From NCBI GenBank assembly GCA_002104905.1, contig MCFE01000048.1, forward strand, positions 132,825 to 196,824: DNA of 64,000 nt, read 5' to 3'. Under the pieces are notes generated by a model. It worked only from the letters and a program-made list of their open reading frames with translations, did not search any database and was not told where the DNA came from. The stretch is from Basidiobolus meristosporus CBS 931.73. Lineage: Eukaryota; Fungi; Basidiobolomycota. Both the position numbers and the translations under genes were made by a program. Shown piece after piece: positions 1 to 10,848 of this stretch (its first letter is position 1; the number at the start of each line of letters is the position of its first letter).

Positions 1-517
1 AAGCTGTTGGGTTCCTGCCAAAGTTGTGGAACCAGACTGTTACAGCAGAAATACTTATTGAGTGATGGATTTCAATGGAGTTACTTGTTGAGTGTGGGGT
101 TGGGCTTAACGTTAGTGTAGGGATAGAGACTTGTATAGGTCAATACAATTGGCAATTGAGGTAAAACTGAAGTTTCAATGGAAATAAATCAATTTGTACA
201 CATGAAAAGTAAGAGAAAAGGTTGAGTCAAGAAGTAAGGAGTGTGAAAAAGAGGCAATAGCCAATCAATTCACACAACCATAGGAGGCAATAGAGTGTCT
301 GGGATCAGAAAGTGAGCAAATTGGCAGGGAACCAATCAAAAGCCACTTATACATTGTTGTGATGAAAATTTTGACAAAGTTTTTTGGTGAAATCTGGGGT
401 GCAACTATTTTTCAACAGTCTCTGGACAGTGTCCTGACAAGATCAGTATCTCTTAGTCATGGGACATTAACTTTGTGACAGCCTTTCAATGGGATCATCT
501 CAATAATTTTTCATAGG
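1..517 (-). mobile_element. Degenerate unclassified transposon-like coding relic, copy 1
   Basis: Colinear with 2880-3325 plus 8018-8056. Minus-strand frame reads VN*LAIASFSHSLLLDSTFSLTFHVYKLIYFH*NFSFTSI, matched by copy 2. CpG almost absent. Confidence 0.45.
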
Positions 518-518
518 G

Positions 519-1790
519 TTGGATGCATTATACCTTAGTCCTGAACCTCCCTCAGCCTGGAACAAGGCTCATGACCAAGCATTTGAGCCACTCTGCCAGT
601 TGCTCCTGCAAGCACCCACCCTATCCTACCCAGAGTTTACTCAGACCTTTGTTGTTCCTATAGATGCATTTAATGTTGAGTTAGGGGCTGTCCTATACCA
701 GGATAAAGACCAAAATCTGCCTCACTGGATCTCTTTTCAAGCCAGATCACTACTACCTGCTGAGAGAAACTACTCTGCCACCAAGAAGGAGCTACTTGTA
801 ATAGTCTTTGCCTTGAAGTAGTCTCATCAGTACTTATGGGGTACCCCTTTTATCTTGTACACTGACCACCAAGCCCTTGTCTACATTCACACACAAAAGA
901 CTCTGACTTTAAAGCTCACCAACTGGCATGATACTCTACTTGATTATGAATACACAGTTATTCATCACCCCAGAATCCTCAACATCCTGTCTGACCACCT
1001 TTCAGAAATTTTCCAACTTCACCTTGGGAGGGACATATGATTACGGACCTTAAAAACAACTTGAAAAATTCTACATGCCAATGAAAGAAAAATATTGATA
1101 CAGAGGAGTCATTTACTGTGTCATTTTGGAGCTGACTCACTAATGAAGAAGCTACACTCTGATGGATATCACTGGCCAAATATCAAAGCTGACTGCCTAG
1201 AATTTGTCAAGTCTTTCAGAGAATGTCAACTTTACAATATCAGCCACCATGGATTTCACCCTTTGAGTCTTATTCATGCAAGCCTTCCTATGAATCATAT
1301 TGCAATTGATCTGGCCAGACCTTTCACCACTAGAGATGATGGTAATCACTACCTTTTTATAATTGTGGATGTCTGCACATGTTTTGTCTTCCTCAAAGCT
1401 ATCCTAGACAAGTATGCTACCACTATTGCACAAGTGGTATTCATGCTCTTCTGTCTATTTGGATTCCCCAAGGTCATTCAATAGGATAATGAAGCAGAAT
1501 TTGTGAATCACATGATCAAAGCCCTTTGCCAGAACAGCACCATGAATCACCATCTGATCACTCCCTATCATCCCAGAACTAATGCACTTGCTGAAAGACA
1601 TGTTCAGACCTCAGTGAAGATCATCAGGAGATCTATCAAAGGTATCAAGAAGAATTGGGGCAAGTACATTCCAACTGTGAAATATGTTATCAACACCAAA
1701 GTTGCTGCTGTACATGGATCAATGCAATACACTTATGCCTTTGGCATTAAGAAGCTTAGCAGCCCCAATGTGTGGTTAATCAGTTAGGTA
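519..1790 (+). mobile_element. Ty3/gypsy pol relic (RNase H - integrase), broken by stops and frameshifts
   Basis: DAFNVELGAVLYQ, ERNYSATKKELLVIVFALK and YTDHQAL (gypsy RNase H); HWPNIKADCLEFVKSFRECQ (integrase Zn region); HIAIDLARP, FGFPKVIQ and ITPYHPRTNALAER (rve core). RH precedes IN. Confidence 0.85.
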
Positions 1791-2879
1791 ATGCAAAGAT
1801 GGGTTGAGAACAACTAGCAACTAATCTCAATAGGATCACTATACCATAGTATGCCAGGTTTCCCTAGGTCACCAGCTAGTTACTGCACAATACAATATGG
1901 AATACACACAAACAACAGCCAGAGCACACTTGTAAGGGGGACTAGAATCCAACAGTGAGAAGGAATATATCAACTAGATTCCAAAAAGTTCTTTGCTGAT
2001 ATTCAGGTGGTGTTCATGCCTAAAGTGGTGGCAATCAAGCATATGTTTGTAAGATGTATATCTTACCAGCAATTCATGGTATATGGCAACTTTGCAAGTA
2101 TCACACAGAAAAGCCATAAAGTTGAAGTGATAGAAGTGTGTGAACTGAGGCAGGTGTTTGCTTATGTAGAGGTTAGTAAGCAGGAGGCCATAGTATTTTT
2201 TGATTTGAACTATATGTTGAATACCCAAGGAAGTGGTGGGCAAGCAAATGAAGAGGGGTGATTCTACATTAGAATAGATGAATTGCACAATGGGAGGTAG
2301 AAAAAGGAAATATTATTTGGTAAACTGGTATGGTAGCATTATACAGAACTAGCTGTAGACTGCCATAATAATGCTGTTAGATGCTTGCAATGAGGCCATC
2401 AAAACACTTTCAAGTTTTTTGTCATTTAAGGCAATTAAATGTACTGGCCAGTTAGATCCACTTGAGTATTTGTGGGGCACTCTAAGACTGCAATAATGCC
2501 ATGCCACTTTTGGCAAGAAACCGTTTAAGCACTGTAATGTTTTCTAACTTTATTTAGTGGTGAAATTAGCCAAATGCCATTGTGATCCTGTCACAAGATT
2601 GTGTAGATGGTCATTAATTCCAAGCAACTGGTATTATAATTGTCTCCTAGCAGGATCTTGATGGCACATCTGGATTGGATCCACCCACAGGACCAAATTA
2701 TTTCTCATGGGGGATGTTGCAGTACTTCTTCAAGAGCAGTGCTCAAGAAAACTCACTTGAATTTTTCAGTGACTTATTGCAAAGACTAGCAGAAAACATA
2801 CTTGACCTTGCAGTGCACACTACAGACCAGGACAAATGGAAACCAGTGAATGAACAATTGCACAAAGTTGTAGGGTTCC

Positions 2880-3325
2880 GGCCAAGTTCATGGAAAACAG
2901 GTATTAAAACAGAGATACTTACTGAATGGTAGGTTTTAATGGACTAGCTTGCTGAGTGTTAGGTTAAACTTAGTGTTAGTGCTAGGTATATGGACTTGTA
3001 TGTGTCAGTAAAACTGGTAATTGAGGTAAAACTTAAGTTTCAACAGAAATAAATCAATTTGTATGCATGAAAATTAAGAGCATAGGTTGAGTCAGGAAGT
3101 AGGGAGTATGACAAAGAGGTAACAGCTAATCAATGTACACAAGTATAGGGGGTGGTTCAGTGCCAGGGATTAGAAATAGAGAATTAAAAGCCACTTCTGT
3201 ATAGACATGAAGAAAAATCTTGACCATGTTTTTTGTGAAATCTGGGAGCAATTTTTTTAAATGGTCTTTGCACAGTGTCCTGACAGGAGCAATACCTCTT
3301 AGTCATGGGATTTTAACTTTGTGAT
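2880..3325 (-). mobile_element. Degenerate unclassified transposon-like relic, copy 2 (interrupted by copia; resumes about 8018-8056)
   Basis: Minus frame VH*LAVTSLSYSLLPDSTYALNFHAYKLIYFC*NLSFTSI aligns to copy 1. Similarity continues right of the copia (gggatcattacaattagttttcatag vs gggatcatctcaataatttttcatag). Confidence 0.5.
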
Positions 3326-3675
3326 TGTTGTAAAAATTCGTATTTTCCACCTAAATATTCACCTAACTTAGTCACTTAGATCATCACCTTCAAATCCTAG
3401 AGAATACTGACCAAATTCCTTGTCGGGATTTACTTAGAATATTTTCACCAAAATACCAGGTACCCAGAACATGAAAATTCTCAAAGTTGTCCAAACAGCC
3501 CCAAACTTTGCACACATGTTCTTGGGACCTTCCTTAACCTATTCTACGTGTTTGTAATGCCAAGACCATGTAAAAGTATAAATACTACTTTTACATTCAA
3601 TAAATCATTAAGTGAAAACCACATAATCTACTTGTCCTCCCAATCACTTCCAATATCTCCAAGACTCTTACAACA
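3326..3675 (+). repeat. Copia 5' LTR (350 bp)
   Basis: TGTTG...CAACA; matches the 3' LTR except T3509 vs G7846 by manual comparison. Confidence 0.97.
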
Positions 3676-3689
3676 GGTTATGAGCCCTG
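3676..3689 (+). other. Primer-binding site, internal (half-molecule) tRNA-iMet type
   Basis: GGTTATGAGCCCTG abuts the LTR. Its reverse complement CAGGGCTCATAACC is the anticodon stem-loop of initiator tRNA-Met, the priming mode known for Ty5 and Drosophila copia. Confidence 0.85.
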
Positions 3690-3706
3690 AGCTGTCACTC
3701 TCTGCA

Positions 3707-6700
3707 ATGTCTACTACTGCTATTACTGGAATTTTTCCCTCTGCTGAAAAGTTGGATGGATCTAACTACCAAGTGTGGAAGGTGAAGATGAAGATGCTGC
3801 TACAAGAAAGAGGCCTTTGGGATATTGTCATGGGAGAAGAATGCCCTCCTAAAAACGTGGGAGAGGAAGCCTTGAAGTACCAGAAGAAAGAACAAAGTGC
3901 CTTTAACTGCATTTGCCTTAATGTCAAGGACAAATTGCTAATTCAATGCTCAAGAGCAAAAACGGCAAAGAATGCCTGGAAAGCATTAGAAGACACCTAC
4001 CAGTCATGTTCAGCTGCCAAGAAAATGTATCTGAGAAGAAAATTCTTTACTACAAAGATGCTGCCAGGAGAAGAAATGAAAAATCTAATTAACAGAATTA
4101 CCCTGCTGGTAGATGAGATGGAATCTGTGGGCGTACCAACTACTGATGAGGATGTGATAGTTACCATCCTGAATAGCCTGACAGACGAGTTTCAGGGCCT
4201 TGTATCAGCCCTAGAGTCCAGAACTGAAGATTTGACCTTAAATTACGTATATGGAAGGCTCCTGGATGAAGAATTAAGAAAATCAAGCGCCAATAAGAAG
4301 GAAGAAGAAAATGCTTTAATAAGCAATGATAACCAACAAAGGAGGTACCCAAGACCCTACAAAGGCAACAGCAACCTATTTTGCAACTACTGCAAAAGGA
4401 AAGGACACACATCAGACCGGTGTTTCAAAAAGAGAGATTATCAGCAAAAGAAGCCTGAATATGGAAATGCTGCAACAACTGAAGATAGACTATTCATATC
4501 TGCACTAAATATGACCACAAACAAGGATTCTCAGACGTGGTATATTGACTCTGGAGCTTCTCAACACTTTACACACCAAAAAGAACTTTTTACCCAATAT
4601 CAAGAAATTCCAATTAAGAAGGTTTTCATGGGTGACGATAGAACACTTGATGCAGTGGGAGAAGGAACTATCCAAGTAAACCTTAGAAGCAGTGAAGGAA
4701 GCCATACACTGACCTTTAAAGAAGTACTCTATGTACCAGAAATAGCCAAGAACCTACTCTCTGTAAGCAAGGCCACAGCAGAAGGACTCAGTTTCAGTTT
4801 TGACAATTCTGGATGCAGGATCACTGATCAAAATGGTGCCCATATTGCTTCAGGCATCAGAGATCAGAATCTATACAAGTTGACTTATATTCCATCATAT
4901 CTGGAAGCCAATATAAGTAACTTAAATGAAGAAACACCAATGCTTTGGCACAGGAGATTTGGACACATCAATTTTGATTATTTGCGTAAAATGATCAAAG
5001 ATCAGCTAATTTCTGGAGTGAAAATTGATCCCCCAGCTATTTTGGAGCACTGTGAAGCCTGCATATATGGGAAACAAGCCAGACAACCGTTCAAGAGCTC
5101 TGGGTTAATCAAAACTAAGAAAAAATTAGGTCTAATTCACTCAGATCTGTGTGGACCTATGCAAAATTTATCCTTAGGCGGGATGAAGTATTTAATCACT
5201 TTTATTGATGATTATACAAGATACACATGGGTCTACTTCATGGAGAGAAAGGAAGAAGCTCTGTCTAAGCTCAGGGAGTTCAAAGCCATGGTGGAGAGAG
5301 AAACTGGTGAAAAAATCAAGAAAATACGCTCTGACAATGGTGGAGAATATACCTCAAAACTCTTCATCCACTTCTGCAAAATTCATGGGATAAAGCAAGA
5401 GACTACTGTACCATACTCCCCACAGCAAAATGGAGTAGCAGAACGAGCTAACAGATCAATAATTGATATGGCAAGATCTATGATCCATGATCAAAAATTA
5501 TCCTATGATTTTTGGGCGGAATCAGTTGCCACTGCTGTATATCTTAAAAATAGGAGTTATAACAGAATACTTCGTGATTCTACTCCATTTGAAGCATGGT
5601 ATGGATACAGACCAAGTGCAGAACATCTAAGAATATTTGGGTGTACAGCATATGCCAAAAAACTGGCCGGAAATCAGTCAAAATTTGAGCCAAAAAGTGT
5701 AAAATGCATATTTTTGGGCTACTGCAATGAGAGTAAGGCATACAGACTCTACAATACCGAAGCAAAGAAGCTGATCAAGTCCAGGGATGTGTTGTTTGAT
5801 GAAAATTCAAAATTTTCACAAAAAATGACATCAGATGATGACGAAAATTTGATCTCAAGTCCACCAATTGTCAGGATTGAATCAGAGCAAAACAATGAAA
5901 ATTTTTTCACTCCAGAGGACTCTACAACCGTGGTTCAGCCAGAATCAGTGCCCAGGAATATCCCAGAAGTGATCATTCCAGTATCAAATGCCCGGAGATC
6001 CAATCGGACAAGAAATAGCCCAAATTACTATATCAATGAGGGTACAAACTTGGCCTATGCCTATTCAGTCCATGTTGATGAACCCCAGACTGTAAAAGAG
6101 GCCCTAAATAGCCCTCAGACAAAGTTTTGGAGATCTGCAATGACTGAGGAATATCAGGCCCTGATGGAAAATCAAACTTGGGACTTAGTCAAATTACCAA
6201 TCAACCGAAAATCAATTGGATGCAGATGGGTCTTCAAGACAAAATACAAGGCTGATGGTACAATTGAAAGGTACAAAGCAAGACTTGTAGCCAAAGGATA
6301 CTCTCAAACAAAAGGACTTGACTATACTGAGACCTTTGCACCGGTAGCCAAGTTTAATTCCATCAGATTAATATTGGCTATTGCAGCCAAATATAAGTTT
6401 TTTATTCATCAAATGGATGTAAAAACTGCATTTTTGAATGGAGAACTTGATGAGGACGTGTATATGGACCAGCCTGATGGTTTTGTTGACCAAGATAACC
6501 CCCATTTGGTCTGCAAGCTTAAAAAGTCACTATATGGTCTCAAACAATCACCGAGAGCCTGGAATTGCAAGATAGATTCTTATTTGGAATCTTTGAGTTT
6601 CAAAAGGAGTAATGCTGACTATAGTATATACTATAAGCCAGATAGAGCAAATCCAGTTCTATTAGCTCTATATGTGGATGATCTTATTATAGCCGCCAAT

Positions 6701-7651
6701 ACCCTAGAAACATTGGAAGAGACTAAATCCAGCCTATCTAAGGAGTTCAAGATGTCCGATCTAGGAGAACTTAGTTACTACTTAGGGATTAAGTTCTCCA
6801 TAGACAGAAGTACCCAGACTATTACCCTAAGCCAATCCAAGTATATTCAAGATATACTAAAGAAGTACAAAATGGAAGACTGCAAACCGGCAGCTACCCC
6901 AATGGAGACAAACCTTAACTTGGTCAAAACTCAACCAAATCAAGAGAGCTTGGTGCCATCTGAAAGCCCTGACTTTCCTTATCAATCTATGGTTGGCAGT
7001 CTGATGTATATCATGCTTGGAACACGTCCAGATATCTCATATTCAGTGGGAGTTGTCAGCCAACATAATCAGAATTATGGATCTGATCATATTGCAGCAG
7101 TTAAGCGGATTTTTAGATACCTAAAAAGAACTGCTGATATCTGCTTAAGATACACTTATAAGGATTCAGAACAGGATCTTGTGGGATACTCTGATGCTGA
7201 TTGGGGACGAAATTTAGAAGACAGAAGATCCACCACAGGATATACCTTTCTTTACTGTAAAGGAGCCATTTCATGGAATTCAAGAAAGCAACCAACCGTA
7301 GCACTTTCTACTACAGAGGCAGAGTATATGGCAGCCTGTGAAGCTACAAAAGAAGCAATGTGGTTACGAAAGCTCTTTACAGATTTAGGCCTATGTCAAA
7401 AAACGCCTATTACTTTATTTCAAGATAATCAAGGATGTATACAATTAGGTAGAAATCCAACTTTTCATGCTAGAACTAAGCACATAGATATTAGACATCA
7501 TTTCATACGTGAAGCTATAGAGAATAACTTAGTTAGCTTAGTTTACTGTCCTACAGATGAAATGATTGCAGACATATTTACAAAACCATTAGCTAGAGAC
7601 AAGTTTGAATATCTTAGGTCAAAATTAGGACTAGTCAGTATGAACATTTAG
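3707..7651 (+). CDS. Copia Gag-Pol polyprotein (single ORF)
   Basis: EKLDGSNYQVW, CNYCKRKGHTSDRC zinc knuckle, WYIDSGAS protease, LWHRRFGH, IHSDLCGP / IRSDNGGEY / NGVAER integrase, QMDVKTAFLNG and LYVDDL RT, YSDADW / TEAEY / DIFTK RNase H. The start is ATG 3707 or 3680, not 3548, which lies in the LTR. Confidence 0.95.
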   Translation: MSTTAITGIFPSAEKLDGSNYQVWKVKMKMLLQERGLWDIVMGEECPPKNVGEEALKYQKKEQSAFNCICLNVKDKLLIQCSRAKTAKNAWKALEDTYQSCSAAKKMYLRRKFFTTKMLPGEEMKNLINRITLLVDEMESVGVPTTDEDVIVTILNSLTDEFQGLVSALESRTEDLTLNYVYGRLLDEELRKSSANKKEEENALISNDNQQRRYPRPYKGNSNLFCNYCKRKGHTSDRCFKKRDYQQKKPEYGNAATTEDRLFISALNMTTNKDSQTWYIDSGASQHFTHQKELFTQYQEIPIKKVFMGDDRTLDAVGEGTIQVNLRSSEGSHTLTFKEVLYVPEIAKNLLSVSKATAEGLSFSFDNSGCRITDQNGAHIASGIRDQNLYKLTYIPSYLEANISNLNEETPMLWHRRFGHINFDYLRKMIKDQLISGVKIDPPAILEHCEACIYGKQARQPFKSSGLIKTKKKLGLIHSDLCGPMQNLSLGGMKYLITFIDDYTRYTWVYFMERKEEALSKLREFKAMVERETGEKIKKIRSDNGGEYTSKLFIHFCKIHGIKQETTVPYSPQQNGVAERANRSIIDMARSMIHDQKLSYDFWAESVATAVYLKNRSYNRILRDSTPFEAWYGYRPSAEHLRIFGCTAYAKKLAGNQSKFEPKSVKCIFLGYCNESKAYRLYNTEAKKLIKSRDVLFDENSKFSQKMTSDDDENLISSPPIVRIESEQNNENFFTPEDSTTVVQPESVPRNIPEVIIPVSNARRSNRTRNSPNYYINEGTNLAYAYSVHVDEPQTVKEALNSPQTKFWRSAMTEEYQALMENQTWDLVKLPINRKSIGCRWVFKTKYKADGTIERYKARLVAKGYSQTKGLDYTETFAPVAKFNSIRLILAIAAKYKFFIHQMDVKTAFLNGELDEDVYMDQPDGFVDQDNPHLVCKLKKSLYGLKQSPRAWNCKIDSYLESLSFKRSNADYSIYYKPDRANPVLLALYVDDLIIAANTLETLEETKSSLSKEFKMSDLGELSYYLGIKFSIDRSTQTITLSQSKYIQDILKKYKMEDCKPAATPMETNLNLVKTQPNQESLVPSESPDFPYQSMVGSLMYIMLGTRPDISYSVGVVSQHNQNYGSDHIAAVKRIFRYLKRTADICLRYTYKDSEQDLVGYSDADWGRNLEDRRSTTGYTFLYCKGAISWNSRKQPTVALSTTEAEYMAACEATKEAMWLRKLFTDLGLCQKTPITLFQDNQGCIQLGRNPTFHARTKHIDIRHHFIREAIENNLVSLVYCPTDEMIADIFTKPLARDKFEYLRSKLGLVSMNI

Positions 7652-7653
7652 CT

Positions 7654-7662
7654 GAGTGGGAG
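7654..7662 (+). other. Polypurine tract
   Basis: GAGTGGGAG immediately 5' of the 3' LTR. Confidence 0.7.
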
Positions 7663-8012
7663 TGTTGTAAAAATTCGTATTTTCCACCTAAATATTCACC
7701 TAACTTAGTCACTTAGATCATCACCTTCAAATCCTAGAGAATACTGACCAAATTCCTTGTCGGGATTTACTTAGAATATTTTCACCAAAATACCAGGTAC
7801 CCAGAACATGAAAATTCTCAAAGTTGTCCAAACAGCCCCAAACTTGGCACACATGTTCTTGGGACCTTCCTTAACCTATTCTACGTGTTTGTAATGCCAA
7901 GACCATGTAAAAGTATAAATACTACTTTTACATTCAATAAATCATTAAGTGAAAACCACATAATCTACTTGTCCTCCCAATCACTTCCAATATCTCCAAG
8001 ACTCTTACAACA
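7663..8012 (+). repeat. Copia 3' LTR (350 bp)
   Basis: Direct repeat of 3326-3675, followed by the GTGAT TSD. Confidence 0.97.
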
Positions 8013-8056
8013 GTGATGACCTTTTGATGGGATCATTACAATTAGTTTTCATAGAG

Positions 8057-8330
8057 CAAGAGGGTAGTCAGAGACTAGGATATATCACTGCAAATAGGAG
8101 GCCAAGGAATGGTGTGCTTGGCAGGAAGCAGAAGCTGTACAATGTGATGTTTAATCATTTCAGGGTGACAGTAGAGCATTCATCTGGATTTCTAAAGAGA
8201 TTCAAAATAATGGCAGATAAATATAGATGAAAGTCATGTAGGAGAAAACAGCAGAACAGGTTAAATAATCAAGATACAAATTCATGCTTGCGGCAACACC
8301 AAGTGGAATGAAACTTTCCAACCAACATGA
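8057..8330 (+). mobile_element. PIF/Harbinger/IS5-like (DDE_Tnp_4) transposase C-terminal fragment
   Basis: RRPRNGVLGRKQKLYNVMFNHFRVTVEHSSGFLKRFKIMADKYR fits the N...R..VEH..G.LKRF motif around the catalytic Glu. CpG-poor. Boundaries approximate. Confidence 0.55.
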
Positions 8331-10848
8331 CATAGAATATATAAAATAATAAGATACATACCCTTGCAGTTTAGGATACAGAGTGATGCAAGTCTTCAGT
8401 ATGAAGTTGCTGGTTCCAATCGCCATCAAATACTTAACTCCACTATCTATGCACATAAATATCTCACTTCCCCTAGCATAGACGAATGCAATCAGTCCGA
8501 AAGATCACATATCTGGCAATGAGCAGTGTCCCATGGGGCAACAACCCAACGAGACCGAATGGTATCAAGGGGTGGTTCGTGCACAACAGAGACCGCACCA
8601 CCGAAAATTCCACACAAGATGGTCCAAAGTCTTCACACAAGGAGAGAGACCGAGGTTCTATTCTTGGGATGTCCGTAGCTGAGAGGTGCAGCCCGATATT
8701 TACGTAACTCAGTACTGTAGAGTTCATTGATTGCAAACAGGCCGGTTGAATTCCAAACCCTGGGGCCAAATAAAATCCCCGATTGCAGTTTAGCCACAAG
8801 CATTTACCAGTATGTCAAGGAGGGGATTGTTTCCTAGAAAGGTTGGTCTGCCACCGAGTCGTCATCATGATGCTCACGGAGCCATATGGAAAGATCTTGA
8901 TACGAGTTCCAGCACCACTTATCGATCGGAGTCAGTCGAAACCCATCACTGGCAACTTCACCCGAACCACCAGGATTTTCTCCATAGCATGGTGAACGCC
9001 TGCCATCTGTAAACACGGGCTCCACGTATTCCAGATGTCATTATAACCCTTTTGGCAGTCATTTCGAGCCCTTGGCTCCCACGCATGCTAACACTGATTG
9101 GAATTACGTACACATGTACCGTTACCCTCAATACAGGTGAACCCCCAACGGTGGTCAGCCCAAGCTGATCAGTAATGCAAGCCGAAATGAAATGCATCAA
9201 TTTTTTAAGCGATTTGAGGTCAAGTCATGTAAAATTGTCTATATGACTTACACTAGTGGGAAACTAGATTACTCTTAGCAGCGATCGTCGTTTTGCCAGG
9301 GCTGCTTTGGCACTTTCAAGATCTCATCGCTGCCGAAAAATAGAGATCTGGAACCAGGGAGGTAGAATATAACGGCATGTACCAAGTGAAGTGGTGATTC
9401 GCAAGAGCATGCGAGAGACAAAATCACCACTCAACCGCCCCTCCTAAGACTGGCTGCATGAGACCAATCCTTCTCGATCCTATCAATGGAGCGGCGGAGA
9501 AGAGCGGTATACCTCTAGCCAATTTACTGGCAAGATCATATGAGTCACACTAGCCAAGGAGTTTTAGAGGACTGAACGGGATAGCAAAACCGACGACCAC
9601 TACGCCAATGATGCCTAACAAAGTTAGGCTGAGACCGCATTTGAGTTCGTTGCTTGGATCACCCCTAATTGCTGTTCCGCTGATTTGTAGCACGCTCATG
9701 ATACCATATTGCGTAATCTCGGAACTCACTAAGCGCTGATGCACGCCAGCATGCCCTGGACGATCTAATAGGCAATAATGGCCTTCAGGAATGTCGTTGT
9801 GGGCACTCGGATCATGCGCATGCATTCACCGACAAAACGTTTAATCCAGGACAAGGTTTAATGAAGTTGCACAGCCGATATGCAAGGGGACAAGGTCATT
9901 TGGTAGACAAAAATCGCCCATCCATTTAGTACGGAATTAGTCAGTTAATCATCAGCAATTACATCACATCTTCTTTACGCTTACACACCTCTGCTGATCT
10001 TTGGGAAATGGAATAGTCAGGAATGTCAGGAACCAATGGTGTCTGTTGAATGTAGTGCAGGTTGTTTGTTGTGAATGGTATACTGCACTTCCGTGTGCTA
10101 TCTAGGAGCACATATTCCGCCACCACCTGCACGGCCCAAGTGGCCAAAAGACTCGGACAACTAATGGATTCTCACTAGCTTTCTATGCGAGCTATTTCGG
10201 CTTCTGTTTGTACTCTCTGAGGAAGCGGTATGGGAAGTTTTCTTCAGATGTGTAGGATTAGTCGAGTGGAAGGACAGCGATCCACTCCCAATGCAATGAC
10301 CATCCATATATCTCGATCTGGGATTCGCCGCCCCTACCAAGTAACAGCTAGGATTCAATGCCGGATGTGAATACTCACCAAGGAAGGGCCAACATTCGAC
10401 GCATTATTTCCTCCATGGAACCGGACAAAGGGGATTCCTAGAGTGTATCGGACAAGCAATGCAGTCCCGTCCATACTCCCGCATTTGCTGCCACCAAATC
10501 CTACGTTTTACTCCGCCCCACTGGAAAATGGAACTCCCCTCCTCTCTATTTCCTCGAATAGCGTTACCAGCTAAGGTATTAATTGTTCAGGTGAATCGCA
10601 GAGAATCTGTTGATCACTCTGCAAACAGTCACTACCTGTTTTATATTTCCGGTCTATTTGAATGGGTTTTCGGTGGTGCGGTCACTAACAGCATCGGCTA
10701 ACGGAGCTTTATATGATCTCAACTATACATGGGATATACTATCATGACGTTGGTTCTGGCTAATCGACTGTGCGTACAGCAACGGCAGGGAAGATGATAC
10801 AATGTATGGTAATCAAAGAAACTGTGCAATAGGTCTATGGCTGGAACA

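Larger units (their letters stand above)
3326..8012 (+). mobile_element. Full-length, young Ty1/copia LTR retrotransposon
   Basis: TG...CA LTRs at 3326-3675 and 7663-8012; 5-bp TSD GTGAT at 3321-3325 and 8013-8017; PBS, PPT and one uninterrupted gag-pol ORF. Confidence 0.97.

Noticed and set aside
3548-3706. ORF-track N-terminal extension of Gag-Pol and similar small ORFs at 30401-30682 and 54468-54782
   Set aside because: These are translations of LTR sequence.
1-8056. The two similar blocks (1-517 and 2880-8056) as LTRs of the gypsy fragment
   Set aside because: They are highly diverged, look protein-coding on the minus strand, lack clear TG...CA ends, and the DNA between them starts abruptly in RT/RNase H with no PBS or gag.
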